Positions 38,560 to 51,053 of a stretch of DNA of 64,000 bases are shown in pieces. The stretch lies in contig NC_043005.1 in assembly GCF_006345805.1 (NCBI RefSeq), forward strand, positions 35,774,001 through 35,838,000. Direction: 5' to 3'. This stretch comes from Octopus sinensis (lineage: Eukaryota). Made by a program: the position numbers and the translations under genes. The stretch's first letter is position 1, and each line of letters opens with the position of its first letter. The notes below the pieces were generated by a model that worked only from the letters and a program-made list of their open reading frames with translations, did not search any database and was not told the origin of the DNA.

Positions 38560-39300
38560 CCATAGGCAGCTATAGAGTGAATTTTATGGCTTATAAACCC
38601 GATATTTTCCTATCCTTCCTTAATACCAGTTCCCATATTCTACTCATATCTGCACTAGGTCTGCTTAGGAGGTTATTGTGTCCTAGTATATGTGCTGGTT
38701 CTTTTAGTTTTCGTATTTTCCAGTGGTGTTCTCTGTCTATTATTTTAACCTCATCCCACAAGGGAAGGTAGTCTCTGCTTTTCCATACATGATCAGCTAT
38801 TCCCAATTTTTCAACATCTCCTCATGTCACAGTTTTTGGTCATATTCTCTTCTACTGGTGGTTTTACTCGAAGGAGATATTTGTGAAGTGTTGTATTACT
38901 TTTGAATACCATCCTGATGTCATATGGACTGCATATCTTTTATATCTTTTCTGAGGGGCCTTTCACATAGGATAGACAGACTGTGGTCAATTAATGGGTT
39001 CCATCCCCTCTCCTCTTCCTAATTGGAGTGGATAGTATGCTTTTTGGGTAGTTGTTGCTTAATAGATGGTTACTTAGCTTGATAATTTCTTTGTGGTGTG
39101 TAGCAGGATCGCTACTCATATTCTTTGCTCGATGTTTTAGGCACTAAGCAATCCCTATCTTTACACTGTATGGATGGTGAGAATTGAAGTTGTGGTATCA
39201 TCCAGTGAAAGTTGGCTTGTGGTATATGGATGTCCTGAACCCATGCATAGTGCGTGTTATTAATATGAGGGCATCTTACAGGAGCTGCACAGATTTTCAA
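38560..39300 (-). mobile_element. Degenerate Penelope-like element (GIY-YIG C-terminal region)
   Basis: ORF GIADHVWKSRDYLPLWDEVKIIDREHHWKIRKLKEPAHI resembles the PLE endonuclease C-terminus; upstream frames are broken. Confidence 0.7.
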
Positions 39301-39380
39301 TATGTGAAATCAGGTTCTGGCAGAAGTAGGGGGAAGGCTTTGTAGGTACAATATGAAACACAGTGCAATGATATGATTAA

Positions 39381-39602
39381 CCCCTTGCACACGGATTTAG
39401 TACTGACAGTCTGTGCTATGTACTGACTGGTATTAGGCTATTCAATAACAACATAATTTTTCATACAAGGAATTTGACAGTGTATTTACAGATTCTTCTG
39501 TGTGGTATATTTGAAAACACAGTGCTGCACAGTGCGAGATATCACACTGCTCGCATACACAGTGTTTTGATGCAGTCAGTACCGCTTCCCATCTGCAAGG
39601 GG
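39381..39602. mobile_element. piggyBac-type MITE (second family)
   Basis: TTAA|CCCCTTGCA...TGCAAGGGG|TTAA with inner GTACTGAC/GTCAGTAC inverted repeat. Confidence 0.8.
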
Positions 39603-39886
39603 TTAAGGGAGATACAATGAAGGATAAGCAGTTCAAACATGATTCAGTGATTTCAAGTATAATGAAAATGTCAATGTATATGAAATGAATTTTTTTGTAT
39701 TTCCATACTTAAATGATTTTGTCATTTTTAAACCTTAAAACAGTGTTTAACCAATATTTGTGGACAGACCTACAGTAAAGTGAAATGAAATTTTATTAAA
39801 GTATCATAAATATTTTAATTGTGACCATGATGGAATTTAGCATTCCAATTAATGGCTTTGAATTACAGAGGGGTTACCATACTTAC

Positions 39887-39950
39887 ATAAAACATTCCGA
39901 GCTGCTAAATCCCTGTGAACAATGGCTCTGCCTTCTAAATAAGCCATACC
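39887..39950 (-). CDS. Egfr: EGFR exon: catalytic loop (GMAYLEGRAIVHRDLAARNVL)
   Basis: tgtttcAG / GTAAGT; 64 nt; HRDLAARN tyrosine-kinase signature. Confidence 0.98.
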
Positions 39951-41531
39951 CTGAAACAAACAATAAACATAAAATATATGGTTGTAAATACCCCAAAATA
40001 TAGAGATGCTTTACTCCAAAAAGAAACAAAAGAAGTTACTTAACCCTTTCATTACCAACCCGGCTGAAACCAGCTCTGGCTCTGAGTACAAATGTCTTGT
40101 TTTCATGAGTTTTGAATTAAATCTTCCACCAGACTATAGTCACACTTTATGTTCCTAACACTACTAGTTTAATGATAACTGAATTATTTTACTAAATTCT
40201 TTGTTATATTTAAAGTAATTGACAGAAACACAGAGCATCTCAAAATAAATACAGTAACAAAAAAGTTAAGGATATTTCCAACTCTTTTCCTGATAGTCAC
40301 TAAAACTATTACAATGTTGGAAACCCTTCTATATCATTGGCCAGTACTTCAGGGTCATAAGCATTTAATCTCTTAGCAGTTATGATTCCCCTGAAAGGTG
40401 TATCAAAGGCTAAATAAATTTTTGTTAAAAGAAGGGTTCCATCTATAATCTCTTGCCAACTACAAACACCTTGAACTGCCATGGTTGTCATCCTAATGGC
40501 TGTCTTTAATGGTTTGGATTCTAAATCAATTTTCTGCAATATATAGTGCCTCATCTGGATAGGAAACCATGACAACTGACTTCAATGGCACATGAGGTCA
40601 TATGCATTCCTTGACAACAACTTAGTTTTTGGCTTTGTTCACTTGGTAAGAAATGTCAAGTCTGGCCTCTTCTTAAGGTGCTGAAGCATAAATTATATCA
40701 ATGTACATAATATGCACTCTTTTATATTTTATCTTATACATGTTTTAGTCACTGGACAGAGGTCATATTGGTGCATCCCCTTGAAGAGTTTAATCAAGCA
40801 AATTGATCCCAGGACTTATTCTGTCTCTTTTGCCAAATCACTAAATTACAGGGATGTAAATAAACCAGCACCACTTGTCAAGTGGTGGTGGGGCAAACAC
40901 AAACACAAAGATACACACATGTATGATGGACTTCCACACAGTTTCCATCTGCAAAATCCAGTCAGAAGGCATGGGTCAGCCAAGGTCTATAGTACAGGGT
41001 GCTGTGTGGAGAGACTGAACCCAAAACACATGGTTGCAAAGCAAGCTTGTAAACCACACAGCCATGATTACATCTCTATGGCTAAACTTTAAGTACTTAT
41101 TCTAATCCCACCAAGATTAATCTAGAAATGATTATCTCCATTACTATAACTGACCACCATATGCTTGAAGCAAAAGAAATATTTGCTAATAACTAATTAA
41201 TATTGATTTCACATTTTGGCACAAGGCCAGTAACTTTCAGGGATGGTGGGTAAGTCAATTATAATGACCCCCAATGCTTAGCTGGTATTTATTTTATTGA
41301 CCACGAAAGGATGAGAGGCAAAGTCAAACCTCAGGAGATTTGAACTCAGAACATAAAGACAGATGAAATGCCACTAAGCATTTTGTCCTTAGCGCTAAAG
41401 ATTCTGCCAGCTCACCACCCTAATAACTCTAATTAATATTATAATAATTGCTAGTGTCTTGAAGCAAATATTAGTACCTTTAAAACTCAAGAAATTTATC
41501 TGGAAACATTATCACAAAAGAAAATTCTTAC

Positions 41532-41816
41532 CTTAGCAATTTGTGTACACCAGTTGAGAAGAACTTTAGACCCTATAGCTTTCTGATGTTTGCGAATATA
41601 ATCGAGCAGACATCCGAGTGGCATGAGGGGTGTAATCAACATCATCTGAGCAGTCATACACACAGCTAATATCCTGATACAACATTGTTGATCAACTGAG
41701 CACATTACTCGAGCTTCCTCTAACAATTCCTTATTCTGGCTTGGTGATGTTCCTTCTTGGAGAACTTTGATTGCAACAGGAATCTTCACATTTTCACCAT
41801 CAGGAATCCAGAATCC
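41532..41816 (-). CDS. Egfr: EGFR exon: kinase N-lobe, alphaC and hinge ([17 protein letters not shown]...WCTQIAK)
   Basis: AG/GTAAGA boundaries; 285 nt = 95 codons; VAIK lysine, alphaC Glu, [14 protein letters not shown]. Confidence 0.98.
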
Positions 41817-42760
41817 CTTTAAAAAAACAAAAACAATTAAATCAATTTGGTCACTGAGTTAATATATTTGTATAAATACAGATCCTGGTATATGGCGATA
41901 TTTGGTTACCTACTCACCCTGTCAATCCTCTGTACCACTTATATTCACTCCCAATGTACCCCAACACATCTCCACCACTGTCTGTCCCCATCTCTCTTGC
42001 TCTGTCTGTATATCTTTCTCTATATCTCTATTTTACTTTCTTTTCTAACTGGAGTAGCCAAGTGTCTTCTCAATAGCAAGACACCTATTTATATCCCTCT
42101 ATTATACATTAAGTGAAAGTGCATGGTTCAGTGGTTAGAGCTTTGGACTCACAATCATGAGGTAGTGAGTTCGATTCCTGGACCAGGCTGTGTGTTGTGT
42201 TCTTGAGCAAGAAACTTATTCAGTTCATTCAGCTGTAGGAATGAGCTGCGACATCACTGGTGCCAAGCTGTATCAGCTTTTGCCTTTCCCTTGGATAACA
42301 TTGGTGGCATGGAGAAGGGAGGCTGGTACACATGGGCAACTACTGGTCTTCCATAAACAACATTGCCCAGACTTGTGCCTTGGAGGGTAACTTTCTAATT
42401 GCAATCCCACAGCCATTCATGACCGAAGGAAATCTTTATTATACTTTAACCTATCATCACCTGGCACAAAGCCACTTCCCACAATACTACTCCCCCTCCC
42501 AGTCAGGGGTCTTTGTCTTACAAGTTACTTGGTGACCTTGCTGGTGGTGGTGCCATGTAAAAAGCACTCGATACACTATAAAGTGGTTGTCATTAGGAAG
42601 GGCATCCAGCTGTAGAAACCATGCCAAAGCAGACAATAGAGTCTGGTGCAGCTGTCTGCCTCACCAGCTCCTGTCAAACCATCCAACCCATATAAGCATT
42701 AATAATGGATGTTAAATAATAGTGGTGATGGTGGTTGTGATAATGATGATGATGTATATA

Positions 42761-43380
42761 TACGAGGGGTCTATGAAAAGTTTTAAGCCTAACGTAGAAA
42801 TGGGGCTGCTAGGTAGCTGAAACAATTTTTTCTGGTAAGTACAGTCTTTTGGGAGTATTCTTGCTCATTTTCATGATTCTGATATTTTAATTTTTTTTTT
42901 TAATGCAGATTTTTGAATAAACAAGCTTCGAGTTTACAAGGAAAATGGAGAAAACTGAGTATTGTGCTGTCATAAAGTACCTTCATTTGAAAGGCAGGAC
43001 TCCATCAGAAATCCATGAAGATATGGTGAGAACCATAACAGACAATGCTCCTTCATATGCAACAGTCAAATTCTGGGTAAATGAATTCCAGCGTGGCAGG
43101 GAGAGTGTGAAATATGATCCCAGACCAAGGAGACCTCCAACAGCAACCATCAACGACAACATTGACCTTGCTCTTGGTTTGATAATGCAAGATTGTCGAA
43201 TATCATCAGATATTCGTCAGATCGTCGAAGATCGTCAGATAGATGAGAGACTGGGCATCTCAACTGAAAGAGCAGACAACATTGTGACAAAAAACTTGGG
43301 TTCTCAAAGGTTTCTGCAAGGTGGGTCCCTTGCCTTTTGACTCCTGTACAGAAATGCACTAGGTGCACTTTGTCCACGAT
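42761..43380 (+). mobile_element. Mariner 5' fragment with transposase N-terminus
   Basis: TACGAGGGG TIR; ORF 42945-43340 MEKTEYCAVIKYLHLKG...SEIHEDM...TVKFWVNEFQRGRESV...PRPRRP (double HTH), frameshifted afterwards. Confidence 0.88.
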
Positions 43381-43664
43381 CAGTCAGATGTCAGTTTACC
43401 TGGAAAAAAACACTGTAGTTATAAGAAGTTATCACTCCTTCATACTCGGCCTATGTCACAAAAAACTTTCATGAAACATTTGTAGATATACCATAACATC
43501 CATTCACCTGTTTTATTACTATTATTATATATAAATATAAATGTATTGAACCATATGTTTGGGAAGAGCACCTCTTAACTTTATAACCATACTGTTTTGA
43601 AAACACTCTATTCTAAAAGTGGTATGAATGAATAGGATTTGATCTTTTTTTTTGCATAACTCAC

Positions 43665-43778
43665 CTTGTAGACAGTTCCAAATGCTCCAGATCCAATTAT
43701 GCCACCTTTTCTTAGTTCAGATTCTTTAATTAATCGAAGTTTAGCCAAATTTGGTTTTGCACCAGTTGGATTGAGAGG
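43665..43778 (-). CDS. Egfr: EGFR exon: JM-B and kinase P-loop ([38 protein letters not shown])
   Basis: AG/GTGAGT boundaries; 114 nt; [10 protein letters not shown] is typical of the ErbB family. Confidence 0.98.
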
Positions 43779-44062
43779 CTGAAATATCCAAGACGAAACT
43801 AAATTAAAAATCTTTGGGAGATAACTGTTTAGGTAAGAAGTTTATATTTGGGATTATTTTAATTTTCATAAACTGTCAAGAAAATCCTTAACTAGGAATT
43901 ATATTAAATTTCATAAACAATCAAGATAATCCTTAACCAGGATTATATTTAATTTTATAAACATAAATCAAAATCACAAATAATGACTTAGGTAAACTTG
44001 GAACAAAAGTCCTTGGAAAATTCTTAATTGACAACAGTTGAATAAAATATCAAGAAGCCAAC

Positions 44063-44225
44063 CTCATTTTCATCATAACCCATCATTGCAGCATTTAATT
44101 TGGTAACAGCTGTTATTTCACGAGCTCGTCTACAGTAGTAGTAAACTATTAAAAGAATAATTACAACGACCACAGTCACAACACTTGTTACAATAGCAAT
44201 GGCACTGGTTTTCTTCTCCTTTTCC
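44063..44225 (-). CDS. Egfr: EGFR exon: transmembrane helix and juxtamembrane (TSAIAIVTSVVTVVVVIILLIVYYYCRRAR...YDENE)
   Basis: Acceptor tctttccAG, donor GTTGGC; 163 nt; about 23 hydrophobic residues followed by RRAR. Confidence 0.95.
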
Positions 44226-46515
44226 CTGGAAAGAATAGAAAAAATATTCTAAATAATCAAGGAAATTGGGGAAAAAATAATAGAAACAGAATCAAAAGTC
44301 ATTCACTGAAATTTGACAGGTGAAGGTTTCCCAGTTAGATCAATCAATAAATATGCTCATCAGAAAATTAAATCATCAACATCATCACCATTTTAAACAT
44401 CCACTTTTCTATAGTCAAATGAGTTTATTGACGTAGATTTTCTATAAATTGGATGTCCTACTGGTTCCCGACGCTCTATTTCTTCATAGCCAGACTTGCT
44501 TTCACAAAAAAATAGAAATGAATGACACTGCTTCTATAACAGTAATGCTCATTTACAATTATCATACAATGTCAAGACAAGGAGATACAAAAACACACAT
44601 GCGCAAATAGCTATATAGTATTGTTATCATTATCAAGGTGGCAAGCTGGCAGAATTGTTAGCACACTGGGCGAAATGCTTAGCAGTATTTTGTTTGTCTT
44701 TATGTTCTGAGTTCAAATTCTGCCGAGGTCAACTTTACCTTTCATTCTTTTGGGGTCGATAAATTAAGTACCAGTTGCATACTGGAGTCAGCCTAATGGA
44801 CTGGCCCCCTCCCTAAAAATTTTGGGCCTTGTGCCTAGAGTAGAAAAGATTATTAACATTATCATTATTATGTGCGTGAGTGTAGGGCAGTGAGCTGGAA
44901 GAATCATTAGGAGAAGTGCTTAGCAGCATTTCTTCCGACTTTATATTCAGAATTCAAATGCCACTGGATTTGACTGCGCCTTTCATCAATTTGAGATCGA
45001 TAAAATAAGTACCAGTTGAACGTAATCAACTTACTCCTACCCTGAAATTGCTGGCCTTGTACCAAAATTTGAAATCGTTATGTGTGAGTATGTGTAGGCA
45101 CATGTGTAATGGGTTACTTTCGGTTTCTGACAACCAATTCTACTCATAAGGCTTTGGCTGGCCTAGTGTTATGCTATAATAGAAGACACTTGCCCATAGT
45201 GCCATGCAGTAAGACTGAACCTGAAACCATGTAGTTGAGAAGCATGCAGCCGTGCTTCCCCATTTAATATACAGTTTGTAAATGAAGGAAATGATGTAAG
45301 AAAGGAACTTGGTTTTATCCCACACATCCTAAATTATTTCTTGTTTGATCTGCTGGCACTCTAGGCCCTCTACAAGGTATGAGTCTACTTAACAGAGAGT
45401 ATATTGTCATTGGATTATTAACATTTTACAATGAATTCACACAAGATGGCCATCTTTTACTGTAAAGTACACAACTCCTGGCTCATAATTTTTATCTATT
45501 TTCTCTCTGAGTTTTCTGTCTCCAGCACTGTTGATTCTGCAATTCAGAGATGTTGATTACACTTTCTATTCATTTTGGACATCTTCCAGGTTATTTTGTA
45601 CAACTTTCAAAACAACCACAATTCATTTATCGCATTAAAACCTTGCATGAGACGTTTCCATACACTCCTTGATTACAAAAACTGCTACTATTCAGCTGAA
45701 AACATTTTCGTTTCCATGAATTTGATAACTACCAACGCTTTAAGCTTTTTTTTTTTTTTAATTTTATTTCTCACAAAGATAGAACAAAATAAAACCACAG
45801 CAGCCACTCACAAGAGAGTGTGACTTGCTAACACGAACCCATGCTTTGCTAATTCTTTTTTATGTGTCAATGTAGTCTGGAGTGGACATAGACATCCTCT
45901 TGTCTCCATGCCCTACATCTGTGACCCAGTGCAACAAATAGAATATGAAGCTGGAGGAAAGAGACAGCTGCACCAGTGAACTGGCTGTCACTTATTTACT
46001 GCTGCACTGATTAGATTTCTCCAGTGAGCTCACTATTGAATGCCAACATTTCTTTCTTTTGAGCCCAAGGACTCATAATGCCAGTTACCTGCTTTTCATG
46101 GTGTATAAGGGATTAAGCTTATAACAATTCCCCTGAATAGGATGCTAATCTATTGCAGGATGATTCAAGGGGGAAAGGGATAAGTCATTTACATCAGCCT
46201 CAGTAGTTGACTGGTACTTTATTTTATCAACCTCAAAGATGAAAGGCAAAATTGATTTTGATGGCATTTTCTCAACCACATGGTTCTGAGGCCAGTCCCA
46301 CTGCATGGCACCTTCCATGCAAATGTCATTTACTATTGTCTTGGGCCAACCAAAGCTTTGTGAGTGGGTTTGGTAGATGGACACTGAAAGAAGCCGGTTG
46401 TGTATATATATATATATATATATATATGGTGAGTTCATGAAAAAAACAAAAGACAAGACAGGTGGTGTATAAAACAAACAGATGTATTAGTATAATGCTC
46501 AGGAAATTGAAAAAG

Positions 46516-46553
46516 TCTTTTACATTTCGAGCCTATGCTCTTCTACAGAAAGA
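46516..46553 (-). ncRNA. Variant minimal type I hammerhead-like motif in an EGFR intron (EGFR sense strand)
   Basis: UCUUU - CUGUAGA - A - GAGC/AUAG/GCUC - GAAA - UG - UA^ - AAAGA. Stems I and II are perfect; core position 6 is U instead of A. Confidence 0.6.
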
Positions 46554-47067
46554 GACACAGAAAAAAAAACAAGGAGAGAAAGAAACGGAGAGAGAGGGAA
46601 GCAAAATAATGGGTGCAGGTTGGAGAAAACAGAGTACGAACATCCAGAGTAGGAAGAGACGACAAAAGAAAAGACCGGAAAATATAGGAAAGTTTAGAAA
46701 GTATAAAAATAATAGTAATGATAATAATATGTGTGTGTGTGTGTGTGTCATTGTGTCAGTTTTTGTCCCCCACCACCACTCTACAACCAGTGTTGGTGAG
46801 TTTACATCTCCATAACTTAGCGGTTTGGCAAGAGGGATCAATAGAATAAGTACCAGGTTTAAAAATGAAATAAATACTGGGGTCAATCTATTTGACTAAA
46901 AATTCTTCACTGCGGTGCTCTAGCATGGTCGCAGTCTTATGACTGAAACAACTAAAGAGAACTGGAAGAATTACTGCAAAACATTTTGTCTGACATGCCA
47001 ACATTTTTGCCACCTTGCCACCTTACCAACATTTATACAAGCTGATTAATATACAACTTGTAAATAT

Positions 47068-47473
47068 AGGTGCAGGAGTGGCTGTGTGGTAAGTAGCTTG
47101 TTTACCAGCCACATGGTTCTGGGTTCAGTCCCACTGCGTGGCATCTTGGGCAAGTATCTTCTGCTATAGCCTCGGGCCGACCAAAGCCTTGTGAGTGGAT
47201 TTGGTAGACGGAAACTGAAAGAAGCCTGTCGTATATATGTATATATATATATGTGTGTGTGTGTATATGTTTGTGAGTCTGTGTTTGTCTCTCTAGCATT
47301 GCTTGACAACCGATGCTAGTGTGTTTATGTCCCCGTTACTTAGCGGTTTGGCAATAAAGTAAGTACTGGGCTTACAAAAAAATAAGTCCCGGGGTCGAGT
47401 TGCTCGATTAAAGGCGGTGCTCCAGCATGGCCGCAGTCAAATGACTGAAACAAGTAAAAGAGTAAAAGAGTAA
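47068..47473 (+). mobile_element. tRNA-derived SINE family B, young copy
   Basis: Full head-to-tail unit ending ...CAAGTAAAAGAGTAAAAGAGTAA. Confidence 0.88.
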
Positions 47474-48069
47474 CTAATAAGAAAATTTTACTGCACCTGC
47501 CAGATGTCAAGGGCTCTTGGGAACTTACAGGTCAACTGCATGAATTTATTGAAGTTCCGCCATAAGTACTTTTTTTTTTTTCTTACATGCTGGATATGGT
47601 GCCAACATTTATAATAAACCTTACCTTTGTTAGGATTCCAAAAAGGAGGAGAATTTGAACTCAAAACACAACCAGTCACAACAGGTACTGTAGAGCATCT
47701 TGATTCCAACTTTTTAATATTTCCACTGATTGACCCTTGATTGGTACTTTATTTATTGACCCTCAAAAGGATGAAAAGCAGAGTTGATCGCAACAGGATT
47801 TGAACTTAGAATGTGAAGAGCGAAAACATATACTCTGCCAACTGACTGCCTAATTAATATGTTGACAGCTGTGTCAGTGGCGTCGGCAGTGATGTCATGA
47901 TGCTGCTCTCCTAGATGAGTTCAAAGAAATACATCTCAATTTTCAATTTCATATTTGGCTTGGTTGCTCCAGCCAGGTGCCCTTTCAAACACCAACCATT
48001 TTACACAGTATATTCAGCAGTGCCTTTTCTTGTGGTATCAACAACACAAGAGAAATAGTTGTCTTTAAC

Positions 48070-48275
48070 CCTTAGCATTCAGAATGTAATGCTTATTTAT
48101 TCACATTGTTTTGAATTTATCAAGTATTATCTTATAGTTTCAAGATTTCGATGACGAGATTGTTTATTTTTAGAATGATATTGTAGGGTAGGTGTAAGAA
48201 GTCAGAGCTGACTGGTTTGAACATAAAACAGGTAGAATATTTGGGCTGTATATGGTGGGTTTAAATACCAAAGGG
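48070..48275. mobile_element. TTAA-flanked MITE (CCCTTAGCATT termini); related copies at about 48513-48722 and 19277-19497
   Basis: TTAACCCTTAGCATTC...AAAGGGTTAA. Confidence 0.65.
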
Positions 48276-49078
48276 TTAATGAATTAAAATGTTTTTACAA
48301 CTCTACACATCAAAGATTACATTGGGTGTGTTTTGTCATGGTACCTGCACTAAAGAGGATAGGGGTGAGAGTATGATGGACAACAAGTGGTGGATAAATG
48401 GTGAGGATGGATGATGGGTGTCAAAACCAATGGCCAACAGTGAGTGTATAGATAGTGTGTATGGGGTGCATAACCGTAAATCAATAGAACATGCTGCTCG
48501 TTAAAGGATTAACACTTTAGCATTTAAAATGGCCATGTCTGGCCAAAATATTCTATCTACTTTGTGTTCATACTGACCAAATTTGATCCCTCACACCCAT
48601 CCTACAATGTCATTCTAAACGTTGTCAGAACCATGAAGCTACAAGACAATGCATGATTAATTGAAAACAACATATATAAATAAACATTACATTTAACAGA
48701 ATAATCTAAATGCTAAAGGGTTGAATCCCAGTTATTTGTGTTAATATGAAGACTCCAAAAAAATAACAGCTAAAACTGCCTCACATTCAGATGATAGTGT
48801 CACAGCAGACATAAGCATTAGAAGGCAACTCTAAACCATCTTCCTAACTGCTATCATTACCATCACCATCAACATCATCCACTTTTTGGTTGCATACATT
48901 GCTCAGATAGAATTTGTTGAAGCATATTTTCTTTTACTAGATGCCCTTCCTGTTGCCATGCCTCAGCTGTTTTCAAGCAAGGTAATATTTTCTTGTGACC
49001 AGCCATGTTTTCATGCAGGATAAGCATTGGAAATGAATGAATGAATGAATGAATGAATCACACATACACACACAAGCA

Positions 49079-49082
<4 letters not shown>

Positions 49083-49122
<40 letters not shown>

Positions 49123-49144
49123 GAGAGAGAGAGAGAGAGAGAGT

Positions 49145-49177
<33 letters not shown>
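49083..49177. repeat. (GA)n microsatellite
   Basis: Direct reading. Confidence 0.95.
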
Positions 49178-49180
<3 letters not shown>

Positions 49181-49438
49181 AGGTATACAAAGAGAGAGGT
49201 AGAAAGAAAAATCTCACAAGCTGTTGGTCAGCTTCGGACTAGTGTAAAAAACACTTGCCCAAGATACCATGCTGTGGGACTGGATGTGAAACTATGTGGT
49301 TCAGAAGCAAACTTCTCTACCACACAGCCATTTCTATGTCTAAAGATTTGTTAGTAGGGTTTTGTTGTGTTTGCAGATGCATACTTAAATATATATTTGG
49401 TGCATCCTGTAATGGAATATAAGTAATAAACAACTTAC

Positions 49439-49554
49439 TGTATTTTACTAACAATCACAGGATGTTTATCATCAACACACAATTGACCATTTCCCGCTTC
49501 ACCTTCTGCGATAGAATGTGGCTTAGATGATGGGCAGATTCCTGTGCAGTTAAA
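49439..49554 (-). CDS. Egfr: EGFR exon: membrane-proximal ectodomain (FNCTGICPSSKP...LCVDDKHPVIVSKI)
   Basis: Acceptor gatgtAG, donor GTAAGT; 116 nt, phase 0 to 2, which bridges exactly the phase gap to the TM exon. Confidence 0.92.
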
Positions 49555-49695
49555 CTACATCATATAACAAATGGAAAATATTTTACATATCAGACATGTA
49601 AAAAAAAAATATCAAATATGAATTAAATAAACTTCTAATTGATATTAATTATAATGAAACTTTTACAAAGATAACATGGGTTGGACATAGTAGTA

Positions 49696-49960
49696 AATAA
49701 TAATAATAATAATAATAATAATTGTGTACAGTGCTCAGGTGCACTACAACTCATCTAAAGTGTATATACAATCAGGTGTAGTTTCGGCGGATTTCGGAAA
49801 GCATGAGGGCCTTAAAGGATGCAATGTCATGGCAGTTAACAACTGACGCAGGCAGTTTATTCCATGCTTCAGCAACTCTGAGCGTGAAAAAATGTTTCCG
49901 AAAGTCATGGGAGCTGTGTTGTTTTCTGACTTTGTAGGCATGTCCACGTGTGTTAGACAC
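49696..49960 (-). mobile_element. CR1-clade LINE 3' end with (TAT)n tail
   Basis: ORF TRGHAYKVRK...FFTLRVAEAWNKLPASVV...SFK is the classic CR1 RT C-terminus. Confidence 0.88.
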
Positions 49961-50086
49961 ATGGAGATCAAATCTTAGAATTTACCAAAGGATTATCAGA
50001 GCAAATAACATTGAAGTTCAGTGCCACCCCACTGATGTCCTTCTTAATGTCAAATGTACAACAAAAAGAGAGACTAACATTTTAAT

Positions 50087-50288
50087 TATGAGTGGGTGCT
50101 GAAATTATGAGTGGGTGCCTGGTTGGAGGCCTAACCTTCTGATTTCTTTTACAGGGCTTAGAAAAATTGAAGGACCACTGCAATAAGTGTGTGAATCTGA
50201 GTGGGGAATGTTGAATAAAATCATCATTAGCTGATCCTCCTGTGTTTACTTTTACCCAAAGCTAGGAACTTTTCAGCACCCCCTCATA
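50087..50288. mobile_element. Mariner-derived MITE
   Basis: TIRs TATGAGTGGGTGCTGAAA / TTTCAGCACCCCCTCATA; internal relic of the transposase C-terminus (GLEKLKDHCNKCVNLSG). Confidence 0.75.
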
Positions 50289-51053
50289 CATAAATTTGAA
50301 ATGAGAAGAATGATGTTTTAGACTGGAACATGAATAAGTATTGGAAAAAAAAAACAAGTTAAATAAATAACTTCATTATAGTTTGCACAATAATTATGAA
50401 TTTTGATACAGCGAATAATAACAAAATTAGAAAACTATGTCCTTTTGCTCATCTGTTTAATGCCATTTTTTCGTGCTAGCATGGTTGATATGAATATGTA
50501 TAATTGAGGCTATATTTTTACAACTTGATGTCCTTCCCGGTTTTCATGTAAAGTTTTCATTTCACTTTAATTTAAGAAGTCAGTGCCTTGAAACATAAAT
50601 GGAGGTCACCGTTTAAGGCTCAGTAATTTTTCACAAAAGTGCAAATGCAAACATTCTTTCTCTCCCCCCCCCCACACACTTCACTTTAATTTGTAGATAT
50701 TATCATGCTAAAATTAATTGGCTTTTACTGAGAGCTGAAAGCCACACTTTGGTGTAGTCTAAACACATATTCATAAATCATTTAATAATACTTAATTAAA
50801 TACTTCCAAAAATTTAACTGGTAAAATAATGAAATATTTATAGAATAATTTTGTTGTGTTTGGGAAGAGTCATACTGTCTTAATATCTAAGACATTCACC
50901 AGTTCAATTTCAAATCATTTATTATTATTTTTTTTTTTAGTGTGTGTGTCTTAATCTTAAGGTCAAATTTTCTAAATCATTCAATTTATGCAAGGTAGAC
51001 AAATAAATAATAATGCTGAAACATCAAATGTAAAGCAAAAGTGAACACCCTAC

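Noticed and set aside
40309-40575. ORF with LAFDTPFRGIITAKRLNAY, reminiscent of the LINE RT motif KAFD
   Set aside because: Similarity is too short and degenerate to assign.
47625-47687. Possible 63-nt cassette exon (ctctacAG ... AAG|GTAAGG) before the EGFR TM exon
   Set aside because: In the required phase it contains an in-frame TAA, it overlaps SINE-like sequence and the acceptor is weak. Without junction reads it cannot be called a poison or secreted-isoform exon.
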